A stretch of DNA of 64,000 nucleotides from Tubulanus polymorphus (lineage: Eukaryota; Animalia; Nemertea), in NCBI RefSeq assembly GCF_964204645.1, contig NW_027437431.1:62001-126000 (forward strand), written 5' to 3'. Of the stretch, positions 31,157 to 42,679 are shown piece by piece; within the stretch, counting starts at the first letter, position 1; each line of letters starts with the position of its first letter. Position numbers and translations under genes: made by a program. Under the pieces are notes generated by a model that saw only the letters and a list, made by a program, of their open reading frames with translations, was not told the DNA's origin and did not search any database.

Positions 31157-32239
31157 ATGCCATCGTTGAAACGGAGGCGAAACGGATTTACATTGCCCGG
31201 TTTACCACATTGCGGTCCATTCAACGATATATCCAGTTACAAAAGCGAAGGAATAGACGAAGTGTGCCGTATTCACGACAAAGAGTACGGAGAACTGCAA
31301 GAGAAATACGGTAAATGGGCTCCGTACTTCCAGTACAATTCAGCGGATCAGACATTTTTGGACAGTGCTTCGGGTGTGAACGGTGTAGGTGCGAGACTAA
31401 CGTCGAGTGTATTCAGAGCAAAACGGGCGTTATTTCCAACAATGGCGGAAGAACCGGCATTAAAAAGATCAAAGAGAACGGCGGAAACGGGGAGCGAAGA
31501 AGGGAACGCCCAACAAATGATGACTCACATGACGGAAAAGCCGTCACTACACTATAAGAGCGTGTTAATACATAGAGGTTACCTAACGTTTACGAATTGG
31601 GATCCGGACCAGGCGTACGGAGCATTCGGAAGAAAAGCGAAGATTTACTGTTCGGGAATGAGAACGTTTAACTTCGGATTAAAAGAAAGAGAAGGATGGA
31701 GAAGATTTCCAGCCAGCATGGATACCATAGGGATGTGGGATCAATTCAAAGTGACTTCGGGTAAAATAACGTTATACCCCATAGCGAGCGAAAGCGCGGT
31801 AAGCTCTGATTCGAACGCGTTCCAAGATCCGATAGTATGGTTAAAGACGGCAGCCGATTGGGACTTGAAAGTGAAAGACTCGGCCGCCAATACTCACCAG
31901 GGATCGCCGTACGCCGATATAAATTTATTAACTCAAAAGCAAAGCTACAGGCAATACGAATTAGGTCGGGGATGCGTTAGCATGGGATTACCCATGTCGA
32001 CCATAAGAACCGAAATACAAGACACGAGTGACCCGACAGACGTTACCAGATCGGTGAATATCGGGGATAACTCGGCGTGGTTAGACGGAGCGTACCGCGA
32101 TCATTGGCAATCAGCCGCGCTCATTATGCAAATGTTAGTGTACAACGATTCGATACACGCGGATTTAAACACGCCCCATACAGAAATTATCGTTCCAGCG
32201 GAAGTGGAGTTTACGATGATTCATAGAAACAGAGTATAA
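31157..32239 (+). CDS. cap: PLA2-capsid protein, copy 10
   Basis: Same protein as copy 1. Confidence 0.88.
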   Translation: MPSLKRRRNGFTLPGLPHCGPFNDISSYKSEGIDEVCRIHDKEYGELQEKYGKWAPYFQYNSADQTFLDSASGVNGVGARLTSSVFRAKRALFPTMAEEPALKRSKRTAETGSEEGNAQQMMTHMTEKPSLHYKSVLIHRGYLTFTNWDPDQAYGAFGRKAKIYCSGMRTFNFGLKEREGWRRFPASMDTIGMWDQFKVTSGKITLYPIASESAVSSDSNAFQDPIVWLKTAADWDLKVKDSAANTHQGSPYADINLLTQKQSYRQYELGRGCVSMGLPMSTIRTEIQDTSDPTDVTRSVNIGDNSAWLDGAYRDHWQSAALIMQMLVYNDSIHADLNTPHTEIIVPAEVEFTMIHRNRV

Positions 32240-32461
32240 TATGATAATAACTTTCCTATTCTTGGCATCCGGTTTCCTACACGAGTACAAGTGGCACGTA
32301 TATACTAAACGTATCATGAGTAGAACGCAACGATTCATGAAAATAAGAGACGAAGTGGCGAACGAGTGGGTCATCAAACACGACGTCAACGAAAATCGGG
32401 TACTAAGGGAACAACACATTACAGAAGTAGCGAAAAGGATATTCTACTACCGGGAAAAACA

Positions 32462-33865
32462 ATGGGAACTAAGTCGAGAAACTGGTCGTTCACAACCGAC
32501 AATCGAGCAGAAGTCTGCCTCGAAAGTCAAATCGGAACGTCAACAGTAACCGTACACATAGGTCCGCAAGAAGATCCGGACGGTTACGCGCACGGAGTAA
32601 TAATAACGTTAGCCAAAGGTACGCAACGACCGTTGAAACAGAGCGAAAACGCGATTAGACAACTGTTACACTCGCTAGGCATTAGATTAGTTAACGACTA
32701 CATCAAACCGACGGAAAAATTAGGCGCCTACATTCAATACATGTACAAAGAAGCCGACAAAATACCGGAAGAATTACGAGGTCACTTGGAGGTGAAAAAC
32801 TCGAAAACGAACGACGACTTTTTCGGCCAAAAGATAAACGCGTTATACGCGGAATACCAACAAAGACCGGGACTAGCCGATTGGACGGCGAGAATAGTGA
32901 AGGAGTTCGGTTACAACGTACCCGAACTGAAAGTGAAAAGATCGTTTAAAAATTGGCCGGTAAGGGTAAAAGATATTACGAGAAACGCGGGTGACTTTGC
33001 GTTGAAAATGACGGACATAACAGAGCCGAAATTGACGCCGGAAATGGGAGTAGAAATTATAACGAAATGCCTGGATAACGTTCAATCGGCGATGTGGGAT
33101 GGTAAACATATAAATAAACGTGACCTGCTGGTAATATTGGTGAACGCGGCGATCGAGGGAGGTACGAGTAAAATCAGAAACGCGCCTCATATAATATTTT
33201 ACGGAGATGCCGGGTCTGGTAAATCGATGTTGGCTAAATTATTGTTCCCGGATTCGATTACGAGCCAAATGCCGACGGATTCGGAAGGCGTAGGAGCGTG
33301 CGAGATGGGAGGAGGACAACGTATATTCAAAGTCGACGACGCCAGCGACGCTTTTTGGCACAACTCGGGGTTGTTGTCGATGATACTCGCGATGTACCAG
33401 TCCACCTGGGAGGCAAAAGTACATTCTAGTAAACAAAGTAACCCGCCGTGTATGACGGTAATTACGACGAATTGTAAGAATCCGTTAGAGAAGTTCGCCT
33501 CTACAGTAGCTTTGGAAGCTGTGGAAAGGAGATTCTTGTCGGTGTATTTCAAAGGTAAAGCAGATTTGGGAAACGTAGTTTACGACATTACGCCGGGCGT
33601 ATGCGAAGAAATATTAGAAATAATAGTTAACGAAATTAGACAAGGTAGATATCTGGACAACCAAGTCCACTTGGACGACTGGGAAACGGATGATGACGTG
33701 GTGATACCGTTCGAAAAAGAAAGAAACTTCATCGAAGCGTACCACGTAGGTCACATGTCGGACGCGATGCATCAGAATATGGAGGAAAGGTTAAAACGTA
33801 AACGTAAAGAAGAAGACGATACGAATGAAACTCTTAAGTTCGCTAAACGCGGGGAAATCCTGTAG
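32462..33865 (+). CDS. rep: Rep, copy 10
   Basis: Same protein as copy 1. Confidence 0.9.
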   Translation: MGTKSRNWSFTTDNRAEVCLESQIGTSTVTVHIGPQEDPDGYAHGVIITLAKGTQRPLKQSENAIRQLLHSLGIRLVNDYIKPTEKLGAYIQYMYKEADKIPEELRGHLEVKNSKTNDDFFGQKINALYAEYQQRPGLADWTARIVKEFGYNVPELKVKRSFKNWPVRVKDITRNAGDFALKMTDITEPKLTPEMGVEIITKCLDNVQSAMWDGKHINKRDLLVILVNAAIEGGTSKIRNAPHIIFYGDAGSGKSMLAKLLFPDSITSQMPTDSEGVGACEMGGGQRIFKVDDASDAFWHNSGLLSMILAMYQSTWEAKVHSSKQSNPPCMTVITTNCKNPLEKFASTVALEAVERRFLSVYFKGKADLGNVVYDITPGVCEEILEIIVNEIRQGRYLDNQVHLDDWETDDDVVIPFEKERNFIEAYHVGHMSDAMHQNMEERLKRKRKEEDDTNETLKFAKRGEIL

Positions 33866-34562
33866 TTGGCAATGTAAATAAATCTATAAATAGAATTCTA
33901 TAAATTTCTCAATTCGTTACTACCAGTGGACCCGCAGACCCGCGGACCCACTGGCTGTTCGTTTTTCATGGTCTACCCCCCCTTATATATATAATAAGGA
34001 AAGAGAAGGAGGGTCCGCGGGTCCGCGGGTCTGCGGTATTCTCTAAACCGAGAATCGAAAAGTTAATGAAACTAGGTCGGAAAGATAACAAATTATTATT
34101 CAATATATCCTAAAGCTTCTACGAGGTTGGTCACGCGCTCGCTACGCTCGCCAGCGTGACACAACCTCGTGGACGCTCCAAAGATAATGAGTATGTGCTT
34201 GATAATGAGTGAATTAATTGGGAACCCTATAGCGGGTAAAAGGTAAGAAGTAGAAATTATAGGGTTAGGGGTTATCATTATACTCGGATGCCCACAGCCC
34301 GTGGTGGTCTGTGACAGTGGAGGTTAGTTAAAGTTCGAGGCGTGTGACTAGTCGGGGGGAATAACATAGGCGGCTACGCCGCGATAGTTAGTCGGCAAGG
34401 TCGGCTGCGCCTCCGGCGGTACAGATTACATCTGAGTGTATTAGTCTACCAACGGAAGCCCAAACCCTAAATAATATTAGTCGGAAAAATCTGAGTTAGA
34501 GGGTCGCAACCGGTTCAAACAATTTAACATCTCATACAGGTGACTCGTACTTTTAGTATCAA

Positions 34563-35645
34563 ATGCCATCGTTGAAACGGAGGCGAAACGGATTTACATT
34601 GCCCGGTTTACCACATTGCGGTCCATTCAACGATATATCCAGTTACAAAAGCGAAGGAATAGACGAAGTGTGCCGTATTCACGACAAAGAGTACGGAGAA
34701 CTGCAAGAGAAATACGGTAAATGGGCTCCGTACTTCCAGTACAATTCAGCGGATCAGACATTTTTGGACAGTGCTTCGGGTGTGAACGGTGTAGGTGCGA
34801 GACTAACGTCGAGTGTATTCAGAGCAAAACGGGCGTTATTTCCAACAATGGCGGAAGAACCGGCATTAAAAAGATCAAAGAGAACGGCGGAAACGGGGAG
34901 CGAAGAAGGGAACGCCCAACAAATGATGACTCACATGACGGAAAAGCCGTCACTACACTATAAGAGCGTGTTAATACATAGAGGTTACCTAACGTTTACG
35001 AATTGGGATCCGGACCAGGCGTACGGAGCATTCGGAAGAAAAGCGAAGATTTACTGTTCGGGAATGAGAACGTTTAACTTCGGATTAAAAGAAAGAGAAG
35101 GATGGAGAAGATTTCCAGCCAGCATGGATACCATAGGGATGTGGGATCAATTCAAAGTGACTTCGGGTAAAATAACGTTATACCCCATAGCGAGCGAAAG
35201 CGCGGTAAGCTCTGATTCGAACGCGTTCCAAGATCCGATAGTATGGTTAAAGACGGCAGCCGATTGGGACTTGAAAGTGAAAGACTCGGCCGCCAATACT
35301 CACCAGGGATCGCCGTACGCCGATATAAATTTATTAACTCAAAAGCAAAGCTACAGGCAATACGAATTAGGTCGGGGATGCGTTAGCATGGGATTACCCA
35401 TGTCGACCATAAGAACCGAAATACAAGACACGAGTGACCCGACAGACGTTACCAGATCGGTGAATATCGGGGATAACTCGGCGTGGTTAGACGGAGCGTA
35501 CCGCGATCATTGGCAATCAGCCGCGCTCATTATGCAAATGTTAGTGTACAACGATTCGATACACGCGGATTTAAACACGCCCCATACAGAAATTATCGTT
35601 CCAGCGGAAGTGGAGTTTACGATGATTCATAGAAACAGAGTATAA
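34563..35645 (+). CDS. cap: PLA2-capsid protein, copy 11
   Basis: Same protein as copy 1. Confidence 0.88.
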   Translation: MPSLKRRRNGFTLPGLPHCGPFNDISSYKSEGIDEVCRIHDKEYGELQEKYGKWAPYFQYNSADQTFLDSASGVNGVGARLTSSVFRAKRALFPTMAEEPALKRSKRTAETGSEEGNAQQMMTHMTEKPSLHYKSVLIHRGYLTFTNWDPDQAYGAFGRKAKIYCSGMRTFNFGLKEREGWRRFPASMDTIGMWDQFKVTSGKITLYPIASESAVSSDSNAFQDPIVWLKTAADWDLKVKDSAANTHQGSPYADINLLTQKQSYRQYELGRGCVSMGLPMSTIRTEIQDTSDPTDVTRSVNIGDNSAWLDGAYRDHWQSAALIMQMLVYNDSIHADLNTPHTEIIVPAEVEFTMIHRNRV

Positions 35646-35867
35646 TATGATAATAACTTTCCTATTCTTGGCATCCGGTTTCCTACACGAGTACAAGTGG
35701 CACGTATATACTAAACGTATCATGAGTAGAACGCAACGATTCATGAAAATAAGAGACGAAGTGGCGAACGAGTGGGTCATCAAACACGACGTCAACGAAA
35801 ATCGGGTACTAAGGGAACAACACATTACAGAAGTAGCGAAAAGGATATTCTACTACCGGGAAAAACA

Positions 35868-37271
35868 ATGGGAACTAAGTCGAGAAACTGGTCGTTCACA
35901 ACCGACAATCGAGCAGAAGTCTGCCTCGAAAGTCAAATCGGAACGTCAACAGTAACCGTACACATAGGTCCGCAAGAAGATCCGGACGGTTACGCGCACG
36001 GAGTAATAATAACGTTAGCCAAAGGTACGCAACGACCGTTGAAACAGAGCGAAAACGCGATTAGACAACTGTTACACTCGCTAGGCATTAGATTAGTTAA
36101 CGACTACATCAAACCGACGGAAAAATTAGGCGCCTACATTCAATACATGTACAAAGAAGCCGACAAAATACCGGAAGAATTACGAGGTCACTTGGAGGTG
36201 AAAAACTCGAAAACGAACGACGACTTTTTCGGCCAAAAGATAAACGCGTTATACGCGGAATACCAACAAAGACCGGGACTAGCCGATTGGACGGCGAGAA
36301 TAGTGAAGGAGTTCGGTTACAACGTACCCGAACTGAAAGTGAAAAGATCGTTTAAAAATTGGCCGGTAAGGGTAAAAGATATTACGAGAAACGCGGGTGA
36401 CTTTGCGTTGAAAATGACGGACATAACAGAGCCGAAATTGACGCCGGAAATGGGAGTAGAAATTATAACGAAATGCCTGGATAACGTTCAATCGGCGATG
36501 TGGGATGGTAAACATATAAATAAACGTGACCTGCTGGTAATATTGGTGAACGCGGCGATCGAGGGAGGTACGAGTAAAATCAGAAACGCGCCTCATATAA
36601 TATTTTACGGAGATGCCGGGTCTGGTAAATCGATGTTGGCTAAATTATTGTTCCCGGATTCGATTACGAGCCAAATGCCGACGGATTCGGAAGGCGTAGG
36701 AGCGTGCGAGATGGGAGGAGGACAACGTATATTCAAAGTCGACGACGCCAGCGACGCTTTTTGGCACAACTCGGGGTTGTTGTCGATGATACTCGCGATG
36801 TACCAGTCCACCTGGGAGGCAAAAGTACATTCTAGTAAACAAAGTAACCCGCCGTGTATGACGGTAATTACGACGAATTGTAAGAATCCGTTAGAGAAGT
36901 TCGCCTCTACAGTAGCTTTGGAAGCTGTGGAAAGGAGATTCTTGTCGGTGTATTTCAAAGGTAAAGCAGATTTGGGAAACGTAGTTTACGACATTACGCC
37001 GGGCGTATGCGAAGAAATATTAGAAATAATAGTTAACGAAATTAGACAAGGTAGATATCTGGACAACCAAGTCCACTTGGACGACTGGGAAACGGATGAT
37101 GACGTGGTGATACCGTTCGAAAAAGAAAGAAACTTCATCGAAGCGTACCACGTAGGTCACATGTCGGACGCGATGCATCAGAATATGGAGGAAAGGTTAA
37201 AACGTAAACGTAAAGAAGAAGACGATACGAATGAAACTCTTAAGTTCGCTAAACGCGGGGAAATCCTGTAG
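35868..37271 (+). CDS. rep: Rep, copy 11
   Basis: Same protein as copy 1. Confidence 0.9.
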   Translation: MGTKSRNWSFTTDNRAEVCLESQIGTSTVTVHIGPQEDPDGYAHGVIITLAKGTQRPLKQSENAIRQLLHSLGIRLVNDYIKPTEKLGAYIQYMYKEADKIPEELRGHLEVKNSKTNDDFFGQKINALYAEYQQRPGLADWTARIVKEFGYNVPELKVKRSFKNWPVRVKDITRNAGDFALKMTDITEPKLTPEMGVEIITKCLDNVQSAMWDGKHINKRDLLVILVNAAIEGGTSKIRNAPHIIFYGDAGSGKSMLAKLLFPDSITSQMPTDSEGVGACEMGGGQRIFKVDDASDAFWHNSGLLSMILAMYQSTWEAKVHSSKQSNPPCMTVITTNCKNPLEKFASTVALEAVERRFLSVYFKGKADLGNVVYDITPGVCEEILEIIVNEIRQGRYLDNQVHLDDWETDDDVVIPFEKERNFIEAYHVGHMSDAMHQNMEERLKRKRKEEDDTNETLKFAKRGEIL

Positions 37272-37968
37272 TTGGCAATGTAAATAAATCTATAAATAGA
37301 ATTCTATAAATTTCTCAATTCGTTACTACCAGTGGACCCGCAGACCCGCGGACCCACTGGCTGTTCGTTTTTCATGGTCTACCCCCCCTTATATATATAA
37401 TAAGGAAAGAGAAGGAGGGTCCGCGGGTCCGCGGGTCTGCGGTATTCTCTAAACCGAGAATCGAAAAGTTAATGAAACTAGGTCGGAAAGATAACAAATT
37501 ATTATTCAATATATCCTAAAGCTTCTACGAGGTTGGTCACGCGCTCGCTACGCTCGCCAGCGTGACACAACCTCGTGGACGCTCCAAAGATAATGAGTAT
37601 GTGCTTGATAATGAGTGAATTAATTGGGAACCCTATAGCGGGTAAAAGGTAAGAAGTAGAAATTATAGGGTTAGGGGTTATCATTATACTCGGATGCCCA
37701 CAGCCCGTGGTGGTCTGTGACAGTGGAGGTTAGTTAAAGTTCGAGGCGTGTGACTAGTCGGGGGGAATAACATAGGCGGCTACGCCGCGATAGTTAGTCG
37801 GCAAGGTCGGCTGCGCCTCCGGCGGTACAGATTACATCTGAGTGTATTAGTCTACCAACGGAAGCCCAAACCCTAAATAATATTAGTCGGAAAAATCTGA
37901 GTTAGAGGGTCGCAACCGGTTCAAACAATTTAACATCTCATACAGGTGACTCGTACTTTTAGTATCAA

Positions 37969-39051
37969 ATGCCATCGTTGAAACGGAGGCGAAACGGATT
38001 TACATTGCCCGGTTTACCACATTGCGGTCCATTCAACGATATATCCAGTTACAAAAGCGAAGGAATAGACGAAGTGTGCCGTATTCACGACAAAGAGTAC
38101 GGAGAACTGCAAGAGAAATACGGTAAATGGGCTCCGTACTTCCAGTACAATTCAGCGGATCAGACATTTTTGGACAGTGCTTCGGGTGTGAACGGTGTAG
38201 GTGCGAGACTAACGTCGAGTGTATTCAGAGCAAAACGGGCGTTATTTCCAACAATGGCGGAAGAACCGGCATTAAAAAGATCAAAGAGAACGGCGGAAAC
38301 GGGGAGCGAAGAAGGGAACGCCCAACAAATGATGACTCACATGACGGAAAAGCCGTCACTACACTATAAGAGCGTGTTAATACATAGAGGTTACCTAACG
38401 TTTACGAATTGGGATCCGGACCAGGCGTACGGAGCATTCGGAAGAAAAGCGAAGATTTACTGTTCGGGAATGAGAACGTTTAACTTCGGATTAAAAGAAA
38501 GAGAAGGATGGAGAAGATTTCCAGCCAGCATGGATACCATAGGGATGTGGGATCAATTCAAAGTGACTTCGGGTAAAATAACGTTATACCCCATAGCGAG
38601 CGAAAGCGCGGTAAGCTCTGATTCGAACGCGTTCCAAGATCCGATAGTATGGTTAAAGACGGCAGCCGATTGGGACTTGAAAGTGAAAGACTCGGCCGCC
38701 AATACTCACCAGGGATCGCCGTACGCCGATATAAATTTATTAACTCAAAAGCAAAGCTACAGGCAATACGAATTAGGTCGGGGATGCGTTAGCATGGGAT
38801 TACCCATGTCGACCATAAGAACCGAAATACAAGACACGAGTGACCCGACAGACGTTACCAGATCGGTGAATATCGGGGATAACTCGGCGTGGTTAGACGG
38901 AGCGTACCGCGATCATTGGCAATCAGCCGCGCTCATTATGCAAATGTTAGTGTACAACGATTCGATACACGCGGATTTAAACACGCCCCATACAGAAATT
39001 ATCGTTCCAGCGGAAGTGGAGTTTACGATGATTCATAGAAACAGAGTATAA
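37969..39051 (+). CDS. cap: PLA2-capsid protein, copy 12
   Basis: Same protein as copy 1. Confidence 0.88.
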   Translation: MPSLKRRRNGFTLPGLPHCGPFNDISSYKSEGIDEVCRIHDKEYGELQEKYGKWAPYFQYNSADQTFLDSASGVNGVGARLTSSVFRAKRALFPTMAEEPALKRSKRTAETGSEEGNAQQMMTHMTEKPSLHYKSVLIHRGYLTFTNWDPDQAYGAFGRKAKIYCSGMRTFNFGLKEREGWRRFPASMDTIGMWDQFKVTSGKITLYPIASESAVSSDSNAFQDPIVWLKTAADWDLKVKDSAANTHQGSPYADINLLTQKQSYRQYELGRGCVSMGLPMSTIRTEIQDTSDPTDVTRSVNIGDNSAWLDGAYRDHWQSAALIMQMLVYNDSIHADLNTPHTEIIVPAEVEFTMIHRNRV

Positions 39052-39273
39052 TATGATAATAACTTTCCTATTCTTGGCATCCGGTTTCCTACACGAGTAC
39101 AAGTGGCACGTATATACTAAACGTATCATGAGTAGAACGCAACGATTCATGAAAATAAGAGACGAAGTGGCGAACGAGTGGGTCATCAAACACGACGTCA
39201 ACGAAAATCGGGTACTAAGGGAACAACACATTACAGAAGTAGCGAAAAGGATATTCTACTACCGGGAAAAACA

Positions 39274-40677
39274 ATGGGAACTAAGTCGAGAAACTGGTCG
39301 TTCACAACCGACAATCGAGCAGAAGTCTGCCTCGAAAGTCAAATCGGAACGTCAACAGTAACCGTACACATAGGTCCGCAAGAAGATCCGGACGGTTACG
39401 CGCACGGAGTAATAATAACGTTAGCCAAAGGTACGCAACGACCGTTGAAACAGAGCGAAAACGCGATTAGACAACTGTTACACTCGCTAGGCATTAGATT
39501 AGTTAACGACTACATCAAACCGACGGAAAAATTAGGCGCCTACATTCAATACATGTACAAAGAAGCCGACAAAATACCGGAAGAATTACGAGGTCACTTG
39601 GAGGTGAAAAACTCGAAAACGAACGACGACTTTTTCGGCCAAAAGATAAACGCGTTATACGCGGAATACCAACAAAGACCGGGACTAGCCGATTGGACGG
39701 CGAGAATAGTGAAGGAGTTCGGTTACAACGTACCCGAACTGAAAGTGAAAAGATCGTTTAAAAATTGGCCGGTAAGGGTAAAAGATATTACGAGAAACGC
39801 GGGTGACTTTGCGTTGAAAATGACGGACATAACAGAGCCGAAATTGACGCCGGAAATGGGAGTAGAAATTATAACGAAATGCCTGGATAACGTTCAATCG
39901 GCGATGTGGGATGGTAAACATATAAATAAACGTGACCTGCTGGTAATATTGGTGAACGCGGCGATCGAGGGAGGTACGAGTAAAATCAGAAACGCGCCTC
40001 ATATAATATTTTACGGAGATGCCGGGTCTGGTAAATCGATGTTGGCTAAATTATTGTTCCCGGATTCGATTACGAGCCAAATGCCGACGGATTCGGAAGG
40101 CGTAGGAGCGTGCGAGATGGGAGGAGGACAACGTATATTCAAAGTCGACGACGCCAGCGACGCTTTTTGGCACAACTCGGGGTTGTTGTCGATGATACTC
40201 GCGATGTACCAGTCCACCTGGGAGGCAAAAGTACATTCTAGTAAACAAAGTAACCCGCCGTGTATGACGGTAATTACGACGAATTGTAAGAATCCGTTAG
40301 AGAAGTTCGCCTCTACAGTAGCTTTGGAAGCTGTGGAAAGGAGATTCTTGTCGGTGTATTTCAAAGGTAAAGCAGATTTGGGAAACGTAGTTTACGACAT
40401 TACGCCGGGCGTATGCGAAGAAATATTAGAAATAATAGTTAACGAAATTAGACAAGGTAGATATCTGGACAACCAAGTCCACTTGGACGACTGGGAAACG
40501 GATGATGACGTGGTGATACCGTTCGAAAAAGAAAGAAACTTCATCGAAGCGTACCACGTAGGTCACATGTCGGACGCGATGCATCAGAATATGGAGGAAA
40601 GGTTAAAACGTAAACGTAAAGAAGAAGACGATACGAATGAAACTCTTAAGTTCGCTAAACGCGGGGAAATCCTGTAG
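39274..40677 (+). CDS. rep: Rep, copy 12
   Basis: Same protein as copy 1. Confidence 0.9.
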   Translation: MGTKSRNWSFTTDNRAEVCLESQIGTSTVTVHIGPQEDPDGYAHGVIITLAKGTQRPLKQSENAIRQLLHSLGIRLVNDYIKPTEKLGAYIQYMYKEADKIPEELRGHLEVKNSKTNDDFFGQKINALYAEYQQRPGLADWTARIVKEFGYNVPELKVKRSFKNWPVRVKDITRNAGDFALKMTDITEPKLTPEMGVEIITKCLDNVQSAMWDGKHINKRDLLVILVNAAIEGGTSKIRNAPHIIFYGDAGSGKSMLAKLLFPDSITSQMPTDSEGVGACEMGGGQRIFKVDDASDAFWHNSGLLSMILAMYQSTWEAKVHSSKQSNPPCMTVITTNCKNPLEKFASTVALEAVERRFLSVYFKGKADLGNVVYDITPGVCEEILEIIVNEIRQGRYLDNQVHLDDWETDDDVVIPFEKERNFIEAYHVGHMSDAMHQNMEERLKRKRKEEDDTNETLKFAKRGEIL

Positions 40678-41374
40678 TTGGCAATGTAAATAAATCTATA
40701 AATAGAATTCTATAAATTTCTCAATTCGTTACTACCAGTGGACCCGCAGACCCGCGGACCCACTGGCTGTTCGTTTTTCATGGTCTACCCCCCCTTATAT
40801 ATATAATAAGGAAAGAGAAGGAGGGTCCGCGGGTCCGCGGGTCTGCGGTATTCTCTAAACCGAGAATCGAAAAGTTAATGAAACTAGGTCGGAAAGATAA
40901 CAAATTATTATTCAATATATCCTAAAGCTTCTACGAGGTTGGTCACGCGCTCGCTACGCTCGCCAGCGTGACACAACCTCGTGGACGCTCCAAAGATAAT
41001 GAGTATGTGCTTGATAATGAGTGAATTAATTGGGAACCCTATAGCGGGTAAAAGGTAAGAAGTAGAAATTATAGGGTTAGGGGTTATCATTATACTCGGA
41101 TGCCCACAGCCCGTGGTGGTCCGTGACAGTGGAGGTTAGTTAAAGTTCGAGGCGTGTGACTAGTCGGGGGGAATAACATAGGCGGCTACGCCGCGATAGT
41201 TAGTCGGCAAGGTCGGCTGCGCCTCCGGCGGTACAGATTACATCTGAGTGTATTAGTCTACCAACGGAAGCCCAAACCCTAAATAATATTAGTCGGAAAA
41301 ATCTGAGTTAGAGGGTCGCAACCGGTTCAAACAATTTAACATCTCATACAGGTGACTCGTACTTTTAGTATCAA

Positions 41375-42457
41375 ATGCCATCGTTGAAACGGAGGCGAAA
41401 CGGATTTACATTGCCCGGTTTACCACATTGCGGTCCATTCAACGATATATCCAGTTACAAAAGCGAAGGAATAGACGAAGTGTGCCGTATTCACGACAAA
41501 GAGTACGGAGAACTGCAAGAGAAATACGGTAAATGGGCTCCGTACTTCCAGTACAATTCAGCGGATCAGACATTTTTGGACAGTGCTTCGGGTGTGAACG
41601 GTGTAGGTGCGAGACTAACGTCGAGTGTATTCAGAGCAAAACGGGCGTTATTTCCAACAATGGCGGAAGAACCGGCATTAAAAAGATCAAAGAGAACGGC
41701 GGAAACGGGGAGCGAAGAAGGGAACGCCCAACAAATGATGACTCACATGACGGAAAAGCCGTCACTACACTATAAGAGCGTGTTAATACATAGAGGTTAC
41801 CTAACGTTTACGAATTGGGATCCGGACCAGGCGTACGGAGCATTCGGAAGAAAAGCGAAGATTTACTGTTCGGGAATGAGAACGTTTAACTTCGGATTAA
41901 AAGAAAGAGAAGGATGGAGAAGATTTCCAGCCAGCATGGATACCATAGGGATGTGGGATCAATTCAAAGTGACTTCGGGTAAAATAACGTTATACCCCAT
42001 AGCGAGCGAAAGCGCGGTAAGCTCTGATTCGAACGCGTTCCAAGATCCGATAGTATGGTTAAAGACGGCAGCCGATTGGGACTTGAAAGTGAAAGACTCG
42101 GCCGCCAATACTCACCAGGGATCGCCGTACGCCGATATAAATTTATTAACTCAAAAGCAAAGCTACAGGCAATACGAATTAGGTCGGGGATGCGTTAGCA
42201 TGGGATTACCCATGTCGACCATAAGAACCGAAATACAAGACACGAGTGACCCGACAGACGTTACCAGATCGGTGAATATCGGGGATAACTCGGCGTGGTT
42301 AGACGGAGCGTACCGCGATCATTGGCAATCAGCCGCGCTCATTATGCAAATGTTAGTGTACAACGATTCGATACACGCGGATTTAAACACGCCCCATACA
42401 GAAATTATCGTTCCAGCGGAAGTGGAGTTTACGATGATTCATAGAAACAGAGTATAA
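41375..42457 (+). CDS. cap: PLA2-capsid protein, copy 13
   Basis: Same protein as copy 1. Confidence 0.88.
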   Translation: MPSLKRRRNGFTLPGLPHCGPFNDISSYKSEGIDEVCRIHDKEYGELQEKYGKWAPYFQYNSADQTFLDSASGVNGVGARLTSSVFRAKRALFPTMAEEPALKRSKRTAETGSEEGNAQQMMTHMTEKPSLHYKSVLIHRGYLTFTNWDPDQAYGAFGRKAKIYCSGMRTFNFGLKEREGWRRFPASMDTIGMWDQFKVTSGKITLYPIASESAVSSDSNAFQDPIVWLKTAADWDLKVKDSAANTHQGSPYADINLLTQKQSYRQYELGRGCVSMGLPMSTIRTEIQDTSDPTDVTRSVNIGDNSAWLDGAYRDHWQSAALIMQMLVYNDSIHADLNTPHTEIIVPAEVEFTMIHRNRV

Positions 42458-42679
42458 TATGATAATAACTTTCCTATTCTTGGCATCCGGTTTCCTACAC
42501 GAGTACAAGTGGCACGTATATACTAAACGTATCATGAGTAGAACGCAACGATTCATGAAAATAAGAGACGAAGTGGCGAACGAGTGGGTCATCAAACACG
42601 ACGTCAACGAAAATCGGGTACTAAGGGAACAACACATTACAGAAGTAGCGAAAAGGATATTCTACTACCGGGAAAAACA